This document shows, piece by piece, positions 12,069 to 27,200 of a stretch of DNA of 64,000 bases. A program made the translations under genes and the position numbers. The stretch is from contig NC_086376.1 in assembly GCF_036588685.1 (NCBI RefSeq), positions 74,751,630 to 74,815,629 on the forward strand, in the 5' to 3' direction. Every line of letters starts with the position of its first letter. Within the stretch, counting starts at the first letter, position 1. Source of the stretch: Mytilus trossulus. Its lineage: Eukaryota. The notes below the pieces were generated by a model. The model was not told where the DNA came from. It worked only from the letters and a program-made list of their open reading frames with translations, and searched no databases.

Positions 12069-13761
12069 TATTCCCGAAAGCTCAACCCTGAAAGATAATT
12101 CTTGTGTGAAGACAAATGTATAGAGTTTATTAATAGCGAAGAGTATATTTTAAATTAATAAATGTAATCTTCTGAGAGAATCCCGAGGATTGACTTAAGT
12201 GTAGACATTTTTTTCAAAATAGCTGTACTAAACTAAGAGGTCGTGACTAATTGATTACATTTTTTCGCGTAAGATGCTAGTGAAAATAATAATGTATCTG
12301 CTTCTATCAAAAAAACTGATCTCGAACTATAAATAACCGGGTTTAAACGGCATGAGGAAAAAGGCAGATGCCATTAGTGGCGCAGGACCAGCTGGCCCTT
12401 ATATGTAGCACCCGATCCCACTTAATCTTATTGTGGTTCGTGTTTCTCACTCTAGTTTTTATGTAATGTTAAGGGTAATATTTTCTTGTTTGGAACTTTT
12501 AAAATTTTGTCATGTCATGTTGGGCCCTTATTTAGCGATTAATACGATATGGATATTTCTAAAATTCAAATTTCTTAAGCGAAATCTTGTGATTTTTTTA
12601 TAGAAAAAAAGGTTGAGATAACATATTAGGATAATCCAAGACAATTAAAGTTATAATGTAAAACGTTGTTACATATGTCACAAAATGAACACCTTATGAA
12701 TGAAAAAAAAAATCGTCAAGGTTTCCTCAGAGTCCCGTGTCTCGTCTGTGACTGCTATATTGTCAGTGTAAAAAATGTTGACTGCTATCAAATAAGTTCG
12801 TTTATCGGTATAAAAATATAGAAAGAAAATGTTTTCTTTAAATTTTAAATCTTGATCTTGAAGAAACTTCTGTCTAAGTCTCGTTAGATTCCATGAACGT
12901 TTGACACAGTTATTGAGGAGGACCATGAAAATGTCGACTTAAAAAAACCTAAGCTTAAATTCAAATCTGTATTTGCTAATCACAGGATAAAAAAACAGAC
13001 CAACTTTCAGTCAAATACTGAAAATGCTTTCAAAATTTTGCTCCACTTGTGATGTTATTCCTTAATTTGAACAAAAAGTCTGTCAAAGTTTCGTACAATT
13101 CTTTGGCTTTATAACCAAATTATTGATGTCTACAAAATAAAATTAGACGGTATCAAAACGTTGACTGCAAAAAATACCCTAACATTTTAATATATAAATA
13201 AATAATAAATAATTGTTTTTGTGTACTTTTATATGTATGTTAGAGCCAATGAAACTTTAACCACAGCCTGAATCAAATATTGCCTATCACGGTCGATGCC
13301 GAAGACGATGACAATGTAGGACCACTTAATTAAGGTAACACGATACCAAATGGCATATCTCCCGATTTCCAAACTTTTTGGCACGCGTGTTTGAATTGAA
13401 TTACATCGGAATATGTAATAAAAAATGGGGGTCACCATTTTTGTTTTCTTGGTATTTTCAAATAAAAACGTCAATTTTGGCGACAAATTTACTTAGGTAT
13501 ATAGGGGAAATGCCTATTTTCGGCTTAGTTTTTTTAGATTTTCCAATGGATGGCTATGTTCTGATATACGGAGAAAAACAAAAAACTAACATAATATCCA
13601 GGATTGCATACTGAATCTATACACGTATAGAAATTCATAGGTCATCATCCTTGTTTCTGAGATAAATGGCTTCAAAGTTGATTGATACCCTTAGAATTGG
13701 CCTACAGACAAACTAAGATGTGACAAAAGACAACCGAAACTTAAGTTACTGATTTCGGACA

Positions 13762-14002
13762 GCCCGTCGTACCGTTCGTTCGTTCGTCCGTCTGTCCCGC
13801 TTCATGTTAAAGTTTTTGGTAAAGGTAGTTTTTGATGAAGTAGAAGTCCAATCAACTTCAAACTTTGTACACATGTTCTCTATGATATGATCTTTCTAAT
13901 TTTAAAGCCAAATTATAGTTTTTACCCCAATTTCACGGTCCATTGAACATAGAAAATGATAGTGCAAGTGGAGCATTCGTGTACTGGGGACACATTCTTG
14001 TT
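13762..14002 (+). mobile_element. Helentron-type element fragment
   Basis: (GTTC/GTCC)n microsatellite, one satellite-like unit, and a 3' end GTGTAC-TGG-GGACAC...CTTGTT similar to the 2658-2958 element. Confidence 0.5.
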
Positions 14003-14231
14003 CAACAATATTTAAAAAAAAATAAGATAAAGATAATGTAAGAATAGCAATGAAAAAATTCCCATCAGAGACCAAATGACTAAGAAGAGTTAATAACACA
14101 ACATGTATAGGTCATCGTACTGCCTTCAACTTAGCTGCAAGTTAGATAATTCAGTTTGTATCCGGATAGAAGCAAGTAAAGGGTTACTCTCAGGTCGTAT
14201 ACATATTTCTCTGCTTTCAGTCTATTTATAC

Positions 14232-14376
14232 CAGTGGCGGATCCAGAAATTTTCAGCCCATTGGCTGCCTAAGAAGGGACCCGATCTCGTCACGCTTCAG
14301 TGATTCCCTATATAAGCAACCAACTTTTTTTCTCAAAAGGGGGCCCTGGCCCCCTGCCCCCCTAAATCCGCCTCTG
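14232..14376. mobile_element. hAT-like MITE (CAGTGGCGGAT...ATCCGCCTCTG)
   Basis: Imperfect TIRs; 5-bp flanks TATAC/TTTAC; related reverse-orientation copy at about 15343-15500. Confidence 0.65.
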
Positions 14377-16276
14377 TTTACCAATAGTCTACTGGATATA
14401 CCAATTATATAAGTACAATGAATATTAATTGGTATTTTTCAGTATACGAATGCGGTTATATAAATAAAATGTTATATAGATATAACCTAAGAAATTGACT
14501 TTTTTACAGTGATTTGCGATCAACATGTAAATCTATTCGTGGTGTTTTGATTATTTACTTTACATCTTTGTTAATTTTGAAATGTAAAAAATATATATCT
14601 GAGTCCCTTTGGTCCGAAGTTCTATGTTTAATATGGATAATAATAAATAAAAAAAAAAACCAGATATCCCGTTACACGATTTTTTAAATTGGGAAATTCT
14701 GGCGGGAAAAAAAGTTGTCTCCCATTGACAACATAAACTGTTTATATAATGAAAAACCTAAACACATAAATTGCAACATAGTATTGAAAAACATACATAC
14801 CTTTATCTTCAAAGTTGCATAGAAGTAGCTTGCAAAATACCAAATATCCTAAATGTTCACCTGTACACAACAAACACCGGTTAACGTGCCAAATCGAATC
14901 GGCTTATGAATATTTTGTTGTAAATTGTGACAAGGGAGATAACTCAAAATATAACTTTATGTAATTTATTATTTTGAACATGATTTGTATATACAAGTCC
15001 TTGTTATGGAAAAGCAAATGATTTCCAAATTAATTGACCAACAACAAACAATGTATATAGAATTATAACAAAATCAAAATGATTAACAAGTAGTCCGTCG
15101 CGAAGGATAGAAATTGATTGAATTGAATATATAATTTACTGGTATTAATATTTTCGACTAGGAATTTGTGTAGTGGTAAATATATTGATAATGATCAATA
15201 ATTTGCCTTTTTAAAATCCAAAAACCTTTCTATAATGTAATACGTATACACAAATTCGGGAGAAGGATTCATATAGAATTGAATAAATGACCAAAGATTT
15301 TCGACTTTTTAATTTTTCAGTCAAGTCAGATATCTTGGGCCCCATATGCGGGCCAAGGAGGGGCTTGGGGCCCGGACCCCCTTTTGGTGGGGGAAATTTG
15401 GTTGATCATATAGGAAATCTCTTAAGCATAACGAGAGCGGCCCCTCTTAGGTCAGTCAGCCCCCCCCCCCCCTTTATGAAAAATTCTGGATCCGTCACTG
15501 TTGGCATCGCTCGGCATTAATTTAAAAACTTTATTTATAAAGTTATTGTGATGAGTACCATATCTTAAAAATTATAGTTCGAAGTTATTGCCCTAAAGAC
15601 TGCCAGAAAACTTTAAGGGACAAATTATATATACAAGTTCCTAGCTAGTCGGACTAGACTTGGTCTAACTCTTGAAGACATGTAACTATTGTTATTGTTA
15701 TTCTTGTAAATTGTTGGGTACTTCCCTTAAAACAGTTCACTAAATAAAATATATATCTGAACATCCAGTGGTTCATACCTCCAAAAACTTATAATAGGAG
15801 TATATAATAGTATAAAAATACTACTTTACCTTACTTACGTTTTTAAAACAGAAAAATAATCTTTATGGATCGTCTTCATATTGCAGTAAAATATTGGTTC
15901 TTTAGCTCATCACTTAAGATCTTCTAGAAATTTTCAAAACGGAAAAAAAAGTAAGAAAATAGTTGTCCCCATATGATAACCATTGGATGCAAATTAGGTA
16001 ACGAACGGTAAACATGTTTTTAGCAAAAACAAAACATATGGCATACGGCAATAAACGAAAAACTAATGTATGACGGGTTCCTCGCTTGGGACAGGAAAAC
16101 AATGATTGTAGCAGGGTTCAACACATTTATTAAAGCTCAATCTCCCTTTATATGAATTCGAACAGCGGTAAGTGGTGTAAAAGCAAACATTTAGAACATT
16201 AAAAACATAAAAATAAGTTGAAAATGCTTGTCTAATCAGACTGGTTCTAAGCAACAATTTCAAAAACTACAAATGA

Positions 16277-16492
16277 CAAAACACAAAGTACTTATCTAAG
16301 AATACTCAGAATCACCGAACAAAACACAGAGTACGTATCTAAGAATACTCAGAATCACTGAACAAAACACAAAGTACGTATCTAAGGACATTCAGAATCA
16401 CTGAACAAAACACAAAGTACGTATCTAAGAATACTCAGAATCATTGAACAAAACACAAAGTACTTAACCAAGAGTACTCAGAATATCACTGA
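16277..16492 (+). repeat. 43-bp tandem repeat, 5 copies
   Basis: CAAAACACAAAGTACGTATCTAAGAATACTCAGAATCACTGAA at 16277, 16320, 16363, 16406 and 16449. Confidence 0.92.
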
Positions 16493-17266
16493 AAGCTAGT
16501 TCAAAGCCTACATTCAAATAATGAATAGACTATGATAACTAGACCCTACTGTATCATCTTCAAATGGGCTATGGAAAGAATGCATATGCAGTATGAGCAA
16601 TTGATCAGTTCCTGCATCGCTAAAATCAAATTATTGGCAGCATGCTGGACCATGAGCGTAAATTAGTGAATGACAATAAAGATTTATTAGCTATAAATCT
16701 TTTGAAATAGATAATAATAACGATAGAGATATTAGGTAACTTTGAATAATACTTTTTAGAAGTGTATTCAAAAGATCATTAAGTATTATCTTAGCCTGAT
16801 AGTGTACTTCAGGTAATGAGCTAGAGATATAAACAACATTAATGGAAAAATAATATATGTGATATCTCGTTTGTAGTAAATATCTGAAGGTACAGCCAAA
16901 CCTCAAAACCAAATAATTGTATCTATGAAAGAAAATAGTTCAGTTTAAAAATAATTAAGCACAGCAAAATCCCTGACTTTATACATATATAGGCGTTGTT
17001 TGTTGCAAGCCAAGACGTTTTTCCAGACACAAGCATAGTCGCAAATGAGAAATATACACATCGTAATACTGGGCAAAGGCAAATTCGTCGTCTAAAATTG
17101 GAAAATGTTTTGTTTTATAAATGCTGCAGCCAGTAAATCTTTCAAACCATTTATTTCTATTCTGTCGAAATGAAAATGAATTGTTGTCTGGGACACCGGC
17201 AACAACAAATTCATAAACTTTAAAATGGTCCAGAGATGATCTGCCAGGTATTCGTTTAATCAATAT

Positions 17267-17722
17267 ACAGCTATCAAATCAGTGTTACAACCATGCTTGA
17301 ACATCTGAAGGTGATCAACACTACAACAAAGAAAAATCTTGCATCAGTCACCATGTTATATCATGAAAATTCAACATCACAGTCAATAAATACCTAATAC
17401 CATCAAAAGAACGCATACAGCCATTATCTCCCACACTTTTTTCACTTATATTCATTTTTCACCAGAACAATAAGGTTGTGGAATTCCTTACCATACCAAG
17501 AAGCATGTGGCCCAGACTTAGAAGCATTTAAGTCTTGTAAAACCCCATATGTGTTGCTAAATCAAATCATGTTTGTATCTACATATTAAAAAAAAAAAAA
17601 TGTTTTTGAAATTATTGTAAATATGTTTAGATTTTAATTTGTTTTCCTAGTATGTGCCTTCTTATAATCTTCAACATATTAAGTTAAGAAGTATTATGTA
17701 GATAGATAGATACTAGATAGAT
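17267..17722 (+). mobile_element. Old, frameshifted 3' fragment of a CR1/L2-group LINE
   Basis: Remnant peptides SVTTMLEHLK and [15 protein letters not shown]; (AGAT)n tail. Confidence 0.6.
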
Positions 17723-18164
17723 AACTGATCACGGCTCCTAGTCAATATAAAATGCCGTAGTCGAGCGCACCTGCCACGACGTTTGGTATTCGAACTCACA
17801 ACTGACCGTCTCACGTTAACTCAGCACGTTAATGTTTGTCACACTATCTAAAAAAATAAATTATACCCGGGAATCTTATATGAAATGAATTCGTATCTTT
17901 CGTAGCAGTCATTCGATTCGAATTTCTTGTATTATATGTTTCTGGGTGGGCTAATATGAAATAAATAGTAACTTGAGACATTTGAAGAAAAATAGAATGA
18001 TTTCTAAATTTTGCATAGATAAATATATAATGACAATCAATTTCTATTAATAAATCTTATTCTGTCAACCATTTTGGATCAAATAAGGATGTAATGCTTG
18101 GAACAAAGATAACAGATGATAAAAATCTTTCGAATCGAGACGACAATACCAAATTTGGTCAGAT

Positions 18165-18297
18165 TTTAAATGCGCATGTCTATACCAATACATCCGTTTT
18201 TCCAAATTCACTTCCGGGGTTTGCCGGGTTCTGAATCACACCTTCGCTAAAAAACTGATATAAACTAAAATTTCAAGCATACCAGACATTCTGAAAC
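18165..18297 (+). promoter_or_regulatory. Putative WDR1 promoter / 5'UTR
   Basis: NRF1-like TGCGCATG (18171), CCAAT (18185) and ETS-type ACTTCCGG (18210) about 90-130 bp upstream of the ATG, in locally CpG-retaining DNA. Confidence 0.5.
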
Positions 18298-21200
18298 ATG
18301 ACAGATACAATTCCTAGTAAGAATATATATATTTCTCTCTTATTTTTATTTAAATTGTAAGTCAAAGAACACAAATTTGTACTAATCTGATGTTTTCCGG
18401 TTTGTTTACATCTGTAAATATTTTCTCTCTCTAAAGTCTTGTATAGCCATAGGACGGATTGCATAAAATGCTGATATAATTGTGTTTCCTCTTTAAGAAA
18501 ACAATTTGTGAATCAACAGGACGCACTTAGTTTCCCTGTTCTTTCATGTATTGATTAAAAGTTATGAAAGGTGTTCAACTGACAACTTTAATAGTACTAC
18601 AAAATGTACAGAACTTGTCAGAAGCCCCTCCCTTACCTTAAATTCTCCCTCGCCACGCTCGTCTGAATTTAAAACATTTCTTTACTAAATCCTTGGTATA
18701 ATAAATAAAACAAAACCTTAGATATAGGTTTAGTTGCTCGCAGTAACTTCGTTTTTCTTTTCTAGTAAGCAATGTTTAATAACATTATAAACCAACATAT
18801 TATAAATACAAACACATTTGTCCAATACATTTAAATGGACTATAATTAAACAATTCATAATCATATATATGTACACATTCTTATGACACAATAAACTGCA
18901 AAAACTGTCGTAGTTACTGTGAGCGAGCAATTTTCGATAAATGACACCCACAAATTTTCTTTATATAATATAACGGGACCCCACTTTTTAAACCGCCAAA
19001 GTATTTCACGAGCATATTTTACCCATCTATATTTATAACCAAAACAAGAACTTGTTATACAACTACTCTCACTAACCAACCTTGAACTTATAAATAGTAT
19101 CACAGGGGAAAAACCCCAAGTCTCAACGAAAAGAAATTTAATTATACACCATGCAGATTCATGCAATTTTGCCAAGGTGACAAGTTCAACATGGATATGG
19201 TTGAGATTAAACAACATATTTACTTATGTGGAAACTAACAACAATCCTTTTAGTTTTTGGGTTGTGCATATATATATAAAAAAAAAGATGATGTGGTATG
19301 ATTGCCAATGAGACAACTCTCCAGTCTCCACAAGAAACAAACGACATATGAATTAACAACTATACATGTAGGTCACCATATGACCTTCAACAATGACCAA
19401 AGCCCACATCACACATTCAGCTATAATTTAAAAGGCCCAAAATGACAATGTAAAACAATACACCTAATCGCTATTTTTTCCATGGGGGATAAGTTCTAAA
19501 ATTACACAACTTTTTCATCCAGTTGAAGCTATCTGGGACCCTGTTTAAACAATTCACCATGCATGATACTTTTTAATGAGACCTGTTTAAACTACCGTAA
19601 ATACTTCAAATAAAATATTTTTTTACTTCAATTTTAATTTCGAAAAAAGTGGATCATACTATATCAAAGTTTCTTGATGATCACTTTCTAAAGTTTTTTC
19701 TCCCTCAGCTCACTACTGATGACCTCCATTTTTCGGCTGGTGACCTAAACAGGAAGTTGTATAAATGACTGTTTTTCCCAGAATGGACTAAATAGCGATA
19801 AGGTGTATTCAAATTGACAAAAGAGAAAACTAATGGCTTTATATATGTACAAAAAAATAACAAAAAACAAATATGTAACACATAAACAAAAGACAAACAT
19901 TGAATCATTTACAGAATTCATAAGAAGAATTATGATTCGATAAAAATTTTTGCTCTTGGAAATTTCAAACTGCCATGAGCATAAAAAAACACTTTCTTTT
20001 TAATACATATAAATGATATTAAAAGTGGTTCTATACAAATGTATCCCAATTTTTTTATTTTATATAAAGTCTTTGGATTACCCATGATTGCTTAGGCCAA
20101 ATAAAAATATATGTGTGGTTCTAGTGACCCTACCTTCCCTACTTTTTCGTCTTGAAATTAGCCTACCCTAAAGATTTTATTGTCATTTTTCATCAAGCAC
20201 TGTTAAAGTCAGAATGATGCTCCCATAGACTCAATGCAAAAAAAAAACATAAAATATAAAAAAAAATCCCTACCTACTATGCCTACCTACCCTAACTTTT
20301 TTCAGATGTAACTGGAACAACACATACTATTTTATGTTGCCTTAAAGCAAAGGAAATTGTCAATATTTAAAACTCACGTTATATCTTCAACTTGCAGGAA
20401 TTAAATATGTTTTACAAGTAGCTTCAGTAGTTTTTACAAAGTACAGGGATACAGAAGCTGGATTAACTGACAAAATTATACTAAAAATGTTCAAGAATTC
20501 TGCAAATGACAGAAAAAACTTGAAATGTTATACATTTTGTATATAAACTGTAATATGTATCTTTTGTCTAGTTAACAAGAGAAAAGAATCGATTTTGAAT
20601 AAACTTTTTCTTTAACAGGATGTATTTTTGCTTCACTGCCAAGGACAACCAGAGGTGTCCCGATAGTGTTAGGAGGAGATCCCAAAGGCAAAAACTTTCT
20701 GTACACAAATAACAACAGTGTTTTTATTAGGGATATTTCAGTAAGTAAATCAAGTGGTTGCCCTTGAATTTGAATTAAACACTCAAAAGTCTGTTACCCA
20801 TTTTTGCTTTTTATGGGAAAACACACAATATGTATAATCATGGTAATATGTATATTCTTAAAATTCTAACCATGTTCAAATCAAGCAATTTATTGATAAT
20901 AAATCATGCTATATAATTAGGATATGAACAAAACATTCTTTGTTTGATGTTGCTGGTTTGTTGCCTTGTATGATTGGGTAGATAATTAGGGCTTATTTGG
21001 TAAACGGCATAATATGTTTTAGACAAGAATACTACAAAAGGAAATGAGTTTATTCACATATTTTTCACTACATTAGTTTTATCAAAAATAACAAAAGTTG
21101 CAGAAAGTAGTACGTACTTGTTGTGTGAATCTATCAGGTCTATATAGACAAAGGAAAATAACTTACAATTTGGCGTAAGTATCATTATGGGTGTTTCTTT

Positions 21201-24200
21201 GCTAAATACAAAACAGTGATTAATTTTTAAAAGTTTTAAATTCAAATTTGAAGGAATATTACTATCTCGTTGTGTGATACCAAGCACTTTGATTAAATTC
21301 TGTTTGGACTCTTTGTGATACTGTAAATTAAGAAATTATTGCGTGCATTTATTATTGCGATTTTTTCATTTAAAACTTGAATGCAATTTTAATTTTTACG
21401 ATTTTGCGAAAAGTCATGCTTAATTCAGTAAAAATATTACAAAATGCGAGATTTAATTATTGCGTTTACAACTCTTGCATTTTTCGCAATAATAAAAACC
21501 TCGCAATAATTTCTGAATTTACAGTAATTAATAAATGATATATTTTAGGACCCATCAGTAGCAGACATTTATACACAGCACTCACTCAATGCTATTTCAG
21601 CTAAATATTCTCCAAGTGGATTCTATATTTGTAGTGGAGGTTAGTAGCTCGATTAAATCTTAAGATAGAAAGTAGAGCATTAACTTAATGTACAAACAAA
21701 ACAAATGTATATATTTTGTTGACAAAAGAAAAGAAGAAATTATTGGCTTAACATACTGATCATAACTTCTTAACTTGTTCCCAGAAAAAATTAAATGTTT
21801 CTCAACTTACAAAAATCTAGAATTAGTTGTTCGCAATAGTGAAGCAATCTATGGAATTGACAAAAGTTTATGATGTACAAATGTCTTCTCCAAAAGTGGC
21901 GCAAGAGACTGTCTAGACCTTGCATGAGGTGTTAGCTTTTACTAATTTTTGCAGGCCCTAATAAGTATAATTTTTGGGGGAAGTAACGTCATTAATAATT
22001 TAATCATGAAAAATTGATAAAAAAAGAAGTATGGATTTACCATAAAACAATTGTGAAAAGTTTCAAACTGAAATACTTTAATTCCACTATACTTGATTCT
22101 GTGTGTTTAACTATTACATGTAAAATGTACACAAATAGATAAAAAAAAAAAATTTGGCATGAAAACTTGAAATACTTGATTTAATCAACAATATCTAAAA
22201 AAAGAGCCAGCTACAAAATTACTGACTGTACTCACTACTTGGGGCACTCCACCTTATAACATGTATAAAAACTGACAACCATGATATGAGCAAAGCTGAC
22301 ATTCGTCTTCAATGTTAAAAGACAAATAAACAATCAAATGTCAATATAAATTAAAGCATGCTTTTGACATACATGTAGCTGTTTGTATATTTTGTAGATG
22401 CCTCAGGAAAGGTCAGAATTTGGGACACAGTAAACAGGGAGCATATATTAAAGGCAGAATACCAGCCTTTAGGGGGTTGTGTCAAAGACATTGCATGGTC
22501 AGGTGACAGTACAAAGATTGCAGTATGTGGTGAAGGAAGAGAAAAGTATATATTTTAAAATTTTAGGTTTTGTAAAACTAAGTCTATGTCTTAAGATGGT
22601 TTAAGGTTTTCTATGAAGAAAAAGAAAAAATAAAGAATTTAAACGAAATTTCTTTTAATTAAAAAAGGGGTTTGCTTGTGAAATACTAGAAATTGTCAAT
22701 TTTTAATGTCAAGTTTTTTGTTTAAGTTAGTTTGATATGAACCAATTATGATAATATAGTTTATTTATACATATCAGTATGAAGATCCTTAAAAGGCTGC
22801 CCTCTTTGTCGAGCAACTTTGAATTACCAGTAGTAAGCAATGTTGCTGTCCATCAGATTGCCTTTTTCTGAATTTTCTGTCAACAGGCAAAACATCTCTC
22901 TGTGTGAACACTTTAGTTTATTATTTCAACAAAGCTTTCTGTATTTAACATTAAAATGATAGTCTATTGCATAACTGGAAACACATTTTTTTATGGAACA
23001 ATTATCATCTTTATACAAATATCTCGGTTTTGAATTGGAATTACACAGAAAAGTCATATAACCCTTGTTATGATATGATTATTTTTTTTTATAGAATTTA
23101 AGGTTATAAAAAAATAATAAAATATCTCATTTTTCATTTAAGGTATGCCCACGTGTTTAATATGGACTCAGGAACTTCAGTGGGAGAACTAAGTGGTGTG
23201 GGTAAATGTTGTCTGACAATAGCATTTAAAGAACAGAGACCATTTAAAATAGCTATTGGTTGTGAAGATAAGAGTGCTGCATTTTATGAAGGCCCACCAT
23301 TCAAATTCAAAACATCATATAAGGTATGATACAATGTATATAGATTTGACTTTAGGATTTGATATAAATAACCATTCCCAACATCACATAATTAAATTTT
23401 GTTGTATAACTCCTAATCAGATGTCATTTATCCTGAAAAAGAGGTAATACTGTACCAGAAGGAACTCTACAATCTTCTTGACCAATTTTTAAGTGTTCTA
23501 TATTGTAGATAAAGCATCTGACATTGTCCCAGTATTATTTTCCCATGGACAAACATAAAGAAAGGGGAATAAAATGACTTTTTGGCATCTTTAATGATTC
23601 TGAATCAACTGAAACAAAACATGCACCACCCTAATCTTCATTTGGTCCTTTTATTGATGAGTATATAAATTTATTTTCTGAACATCAAGAATATGAATAA
23701 TTTCTATCCAGTCTAGATATATGGGGATTAAGCAATTATAATCAGTTGCATAGAACAGTAGAACTATTTTTTTTCCATTTGGTAGTACTATAAAATCATG
23801 TCTGGCAGTACATTTGTCAGAAATTGAAACTTTCCTTAGTGAAGGTATTAGCAAATATAATCTTGAAGTACACTTTATTTATTATTTTTCAGGACCATAC
23901 CAATTTTGTTAACGCAGTTAGATATGCACCAGATGGAAGTGTATTTATAACAGGAGGTGCAGATTGTAAGGTAAGTAATGAGTGTGTGCACAATTTGATA
24001 GTTGGTCAAATACATACCTCCTGTTTACAGATACTGGAATTTATCCATATCCTGGTATCAAAGAAATATTTTCACACAATTGTCAATTGCTATTGAACAA
24101 AATTACTTTATATTTAGTCTGCAGTTTGACAGTGATGAAATGTAAGGTGTGTGAGCTTTTCCCCATAGTTCAGACACCTGCTTCAATGCATTACCTTACT

Positions 24201-27200
24201 CTGAATTAAGAGTTGGGTAAGCTCTGGGTATAATCTTTTTAAAAATAAAAAAAATCAGTGTTTAGTGTGAAAAAAACTTCAGATTATTTTCTATTCATGA
24301 AAGACTCCAAAATAATTTACCCACAAACATTAGTTGGTTTACGGTAGTAAGAGAGCATGCAAACATGAAAATCACATTTTTAGCATACCTGACATACCTT
24401 CATTTTCTTTTTTTCAGGCTTTTGTGTATGAAGGTAAAACTGGAGAAATGATTGGAGAATTGGGTTCTCCTGCCCATAAAGGTGGTATTTATGGAGTAAG
24501 TAGAACTAAAACCTATGTGACATGCTTCTTCAAAGTGGTATCTGTAGCATAAAATAACTTTTATGTCATGCCATAGACTGAATTCTCAATTTTTGTTCAT
24601 TCAATATTGAGTATTTTCAACAATTTGTCTATAATACTCAATATTCAAGGCAATCATTTATGAAAAAAATTTCTGTACTGTATGTGTAGGAATTGTAATA
24701 CATGAAAGATAAAGTAAAATGTATACATGTAAATGGATTTTGATCCTGTCACACATTTGATTTTCATCAAAACATTGGTTAATTTAGGAATTTACTGTTA
24801 GTGTTATAAAAAAAGGGAATGGACTAATACCCCAATGAAGAGAATTACCATAAAAAAAAAGGATAAAATTGAAATGTTTCATCAAAAAGTTTATAAAATT
24901 GGGAAAGGACCATTAACTGGTTTAGAAAAATTGAGTTTCATTACTTTGTTACAGATGTGTTTTAGTCCAGACAGTTCTGAAGTGTTAACAGTATCAGCTG
25001 ATAAAACAGCCAAAATATGGAATGTGGCTAGCAGAGAATTAGTTGTGTAAGTAAATAATAGTGAATTAGCTTATATGTGTTTGTCTAAAATTGTACTGTC
25101 CCAAATTAGACTGTTAATTTTCTGTTATAGCTGATTATAGTGTATGGGCTTTCTCAAAATATATCTGCTTACTTTTATAGTAACATTTTTGTTTAATTAC
25201 AGTTCCTTTGAAGTGGGGAAGACAATGGACGAAATGTTGGTTGGTTGTCTATGGCAAGGAGATAATATAATGGCTGTAGCTCTCTCTGGATACATATATT
25301 ACTTCAACAAAAATGATCCATCTACACCACTAAAGGTTACAAAGGTAATATAAGATCACTTTTACATTATTTGATATTATCTCTAATGAATCTTGGTGTT
25401 CTCAATTCAATGATCCAGAATTCGAATGCACAACTTCCTGCCTGTAGGAATTCAAAGTTTAAAGAGAATTTTTGAGTTATGTAAAAAAGTGTGAAGTCTT
25501 ATTGATTAAATTTATTTTGGTTAAACTCTCAGCCTGATTGATAACAATATATATAATTTTCTGACCATAGAATAAGTTCAAATAGGAAAGGATAGAAATT
25601 ATATATTTATAAATACCTTGTTAGCAAAAAAATGAAACATTATGAATAAAAGAAGGTTAAAAAGAAACATCATTTAGGGTGATTAACCGTATATTGCCCT
25701 CATGGAGAGGAGACAGCTAAAAATGATATGCAAAATGAGATCTACCAATAGGCAAACAGTAATGCATTAAACATGTTAAAGGTAAACACAATTATCAAAA
25801 TGGCATAAGTTGTCATGTGAGCAATTCTATCTCTTAGGAGCCTGTTGTCAACAAGTTCTTTAAAATTACATAGAAAATTACATGTTAAGGAACCCAAAGA
25901 AAAGAAATCACATGCTAATAATAAAAAACGATGTACAAGCATTTTTCTTTCTTTCAGGGACACAACAAACCAATTACAGCTATGGCACTCAGTGAAGACT
26001 GTTCTACTATTTATACAGGGGACCAGTCTGCCAGAGTTGATATCCTTGCATTTCATCTTTGACTTTTATCATATGATATGAAGTTGTTGTACAAAGCAAT
26101 AATGCAAAGACCTAGCCTTTGTACAGTACTGCTGAAAATCCATTATTTTGAAAAGCAATGGAAAAGATTTTTCATTTATATCTGGGTTCTTTCTGAGTAT
26201 TGTGTATGAGTATTTTCTAAACACAGTTTTTTGTTTTCTCCGTTTTAAACAAAAGGAGGGACAGTTTTAATCTTTTCAATGTCAATTGTTCATGTGTAAC
26301 TTTCTCCTTAAAGGCATGGAAATAAGCAGAGAAATGTAAAGTAGTGCTAATTTGCAGAATCAAAATTCATACTGTAAACATAACAAAAATTAAACTCTTG
26401 TGAAAATTTCCCAAAAGACAGATGATAGGCATTTCTCAGGTTTGCCAATCACAGATCTGTTTTCCCCAGAGTATCTTGAATAGAACGGTTGGTATACCAG
26501 CATGTGCAATGCACAAAGTTGTTCTACTCCTTTTTATTAAACAAAATGTTCCTTAACCTTTTTTACTTCTGTGGAATGCTGCATCTGGAGAAAATGATGT
26601 GTTTAATGGTAAAGGCCATAGCAACCAAATACAGGATATGGTTGTTGCAGACGGTAATCTGATCTCTGTTTCCATGGACGACACAATACGATTTACAGAT
26701 CTTAGTCAAAATCAATTTGGGTAAGCTTTTTCACAAGATTTAATGTTATTGAAACAGAATAATAGTTCATGAAAAACCATTTCAATAAATTCAAGTCTAG
26801 ATGCTAAATTCAAACCAGACACATTTCATTAAGTCATGAATTAATTCCAAGATGTAATCTAAAAATCTGGTTACTTTACAAAAAAATACATGTACTGAGG
26901 ATTCATTATTTATTTGGATACCAATTTTCATGGTTTGTTGGTATAGTTTAACCACAAAATTAAATGTTCAAAGAATGATGAATTGTCGATAGGTTTGTAC
27001 GCAGACTTTAGCAAAACCACGAAATTAAATATCCACGAATATGCAAGTTTTCTTTAGTCCACGAAAATTAGTACCCACGAAAATAAATGAATACACAGTA
27101 TAATAATTTACAGACCTAAAAACACTTCATTTATTCTTGATTCCTGGCTAAATAGAAAAAAAATAATAAGAAATGAGAATTGTTTATTTACAGGGATAAC

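Noticed and set aside
16277-16492. 43-bp repeat as CRISPR or coding repeat
   Set aside because: No spacers and no ORF; simple tandem amplification.
16979-17263. 94-aa minus-strand ORF and small hairpin at about 17176-17214
   Set aside because: Non-ATG start, no recognisable domain, and the hairpin is too short and imperfect for a pre-miRNA call.
17755-17815. tRNA gene (B-box GAGTTCGAAT on the minus strand)
   Set aside because: No cloverleaf or clear A-box; probably a decayed SINE head.
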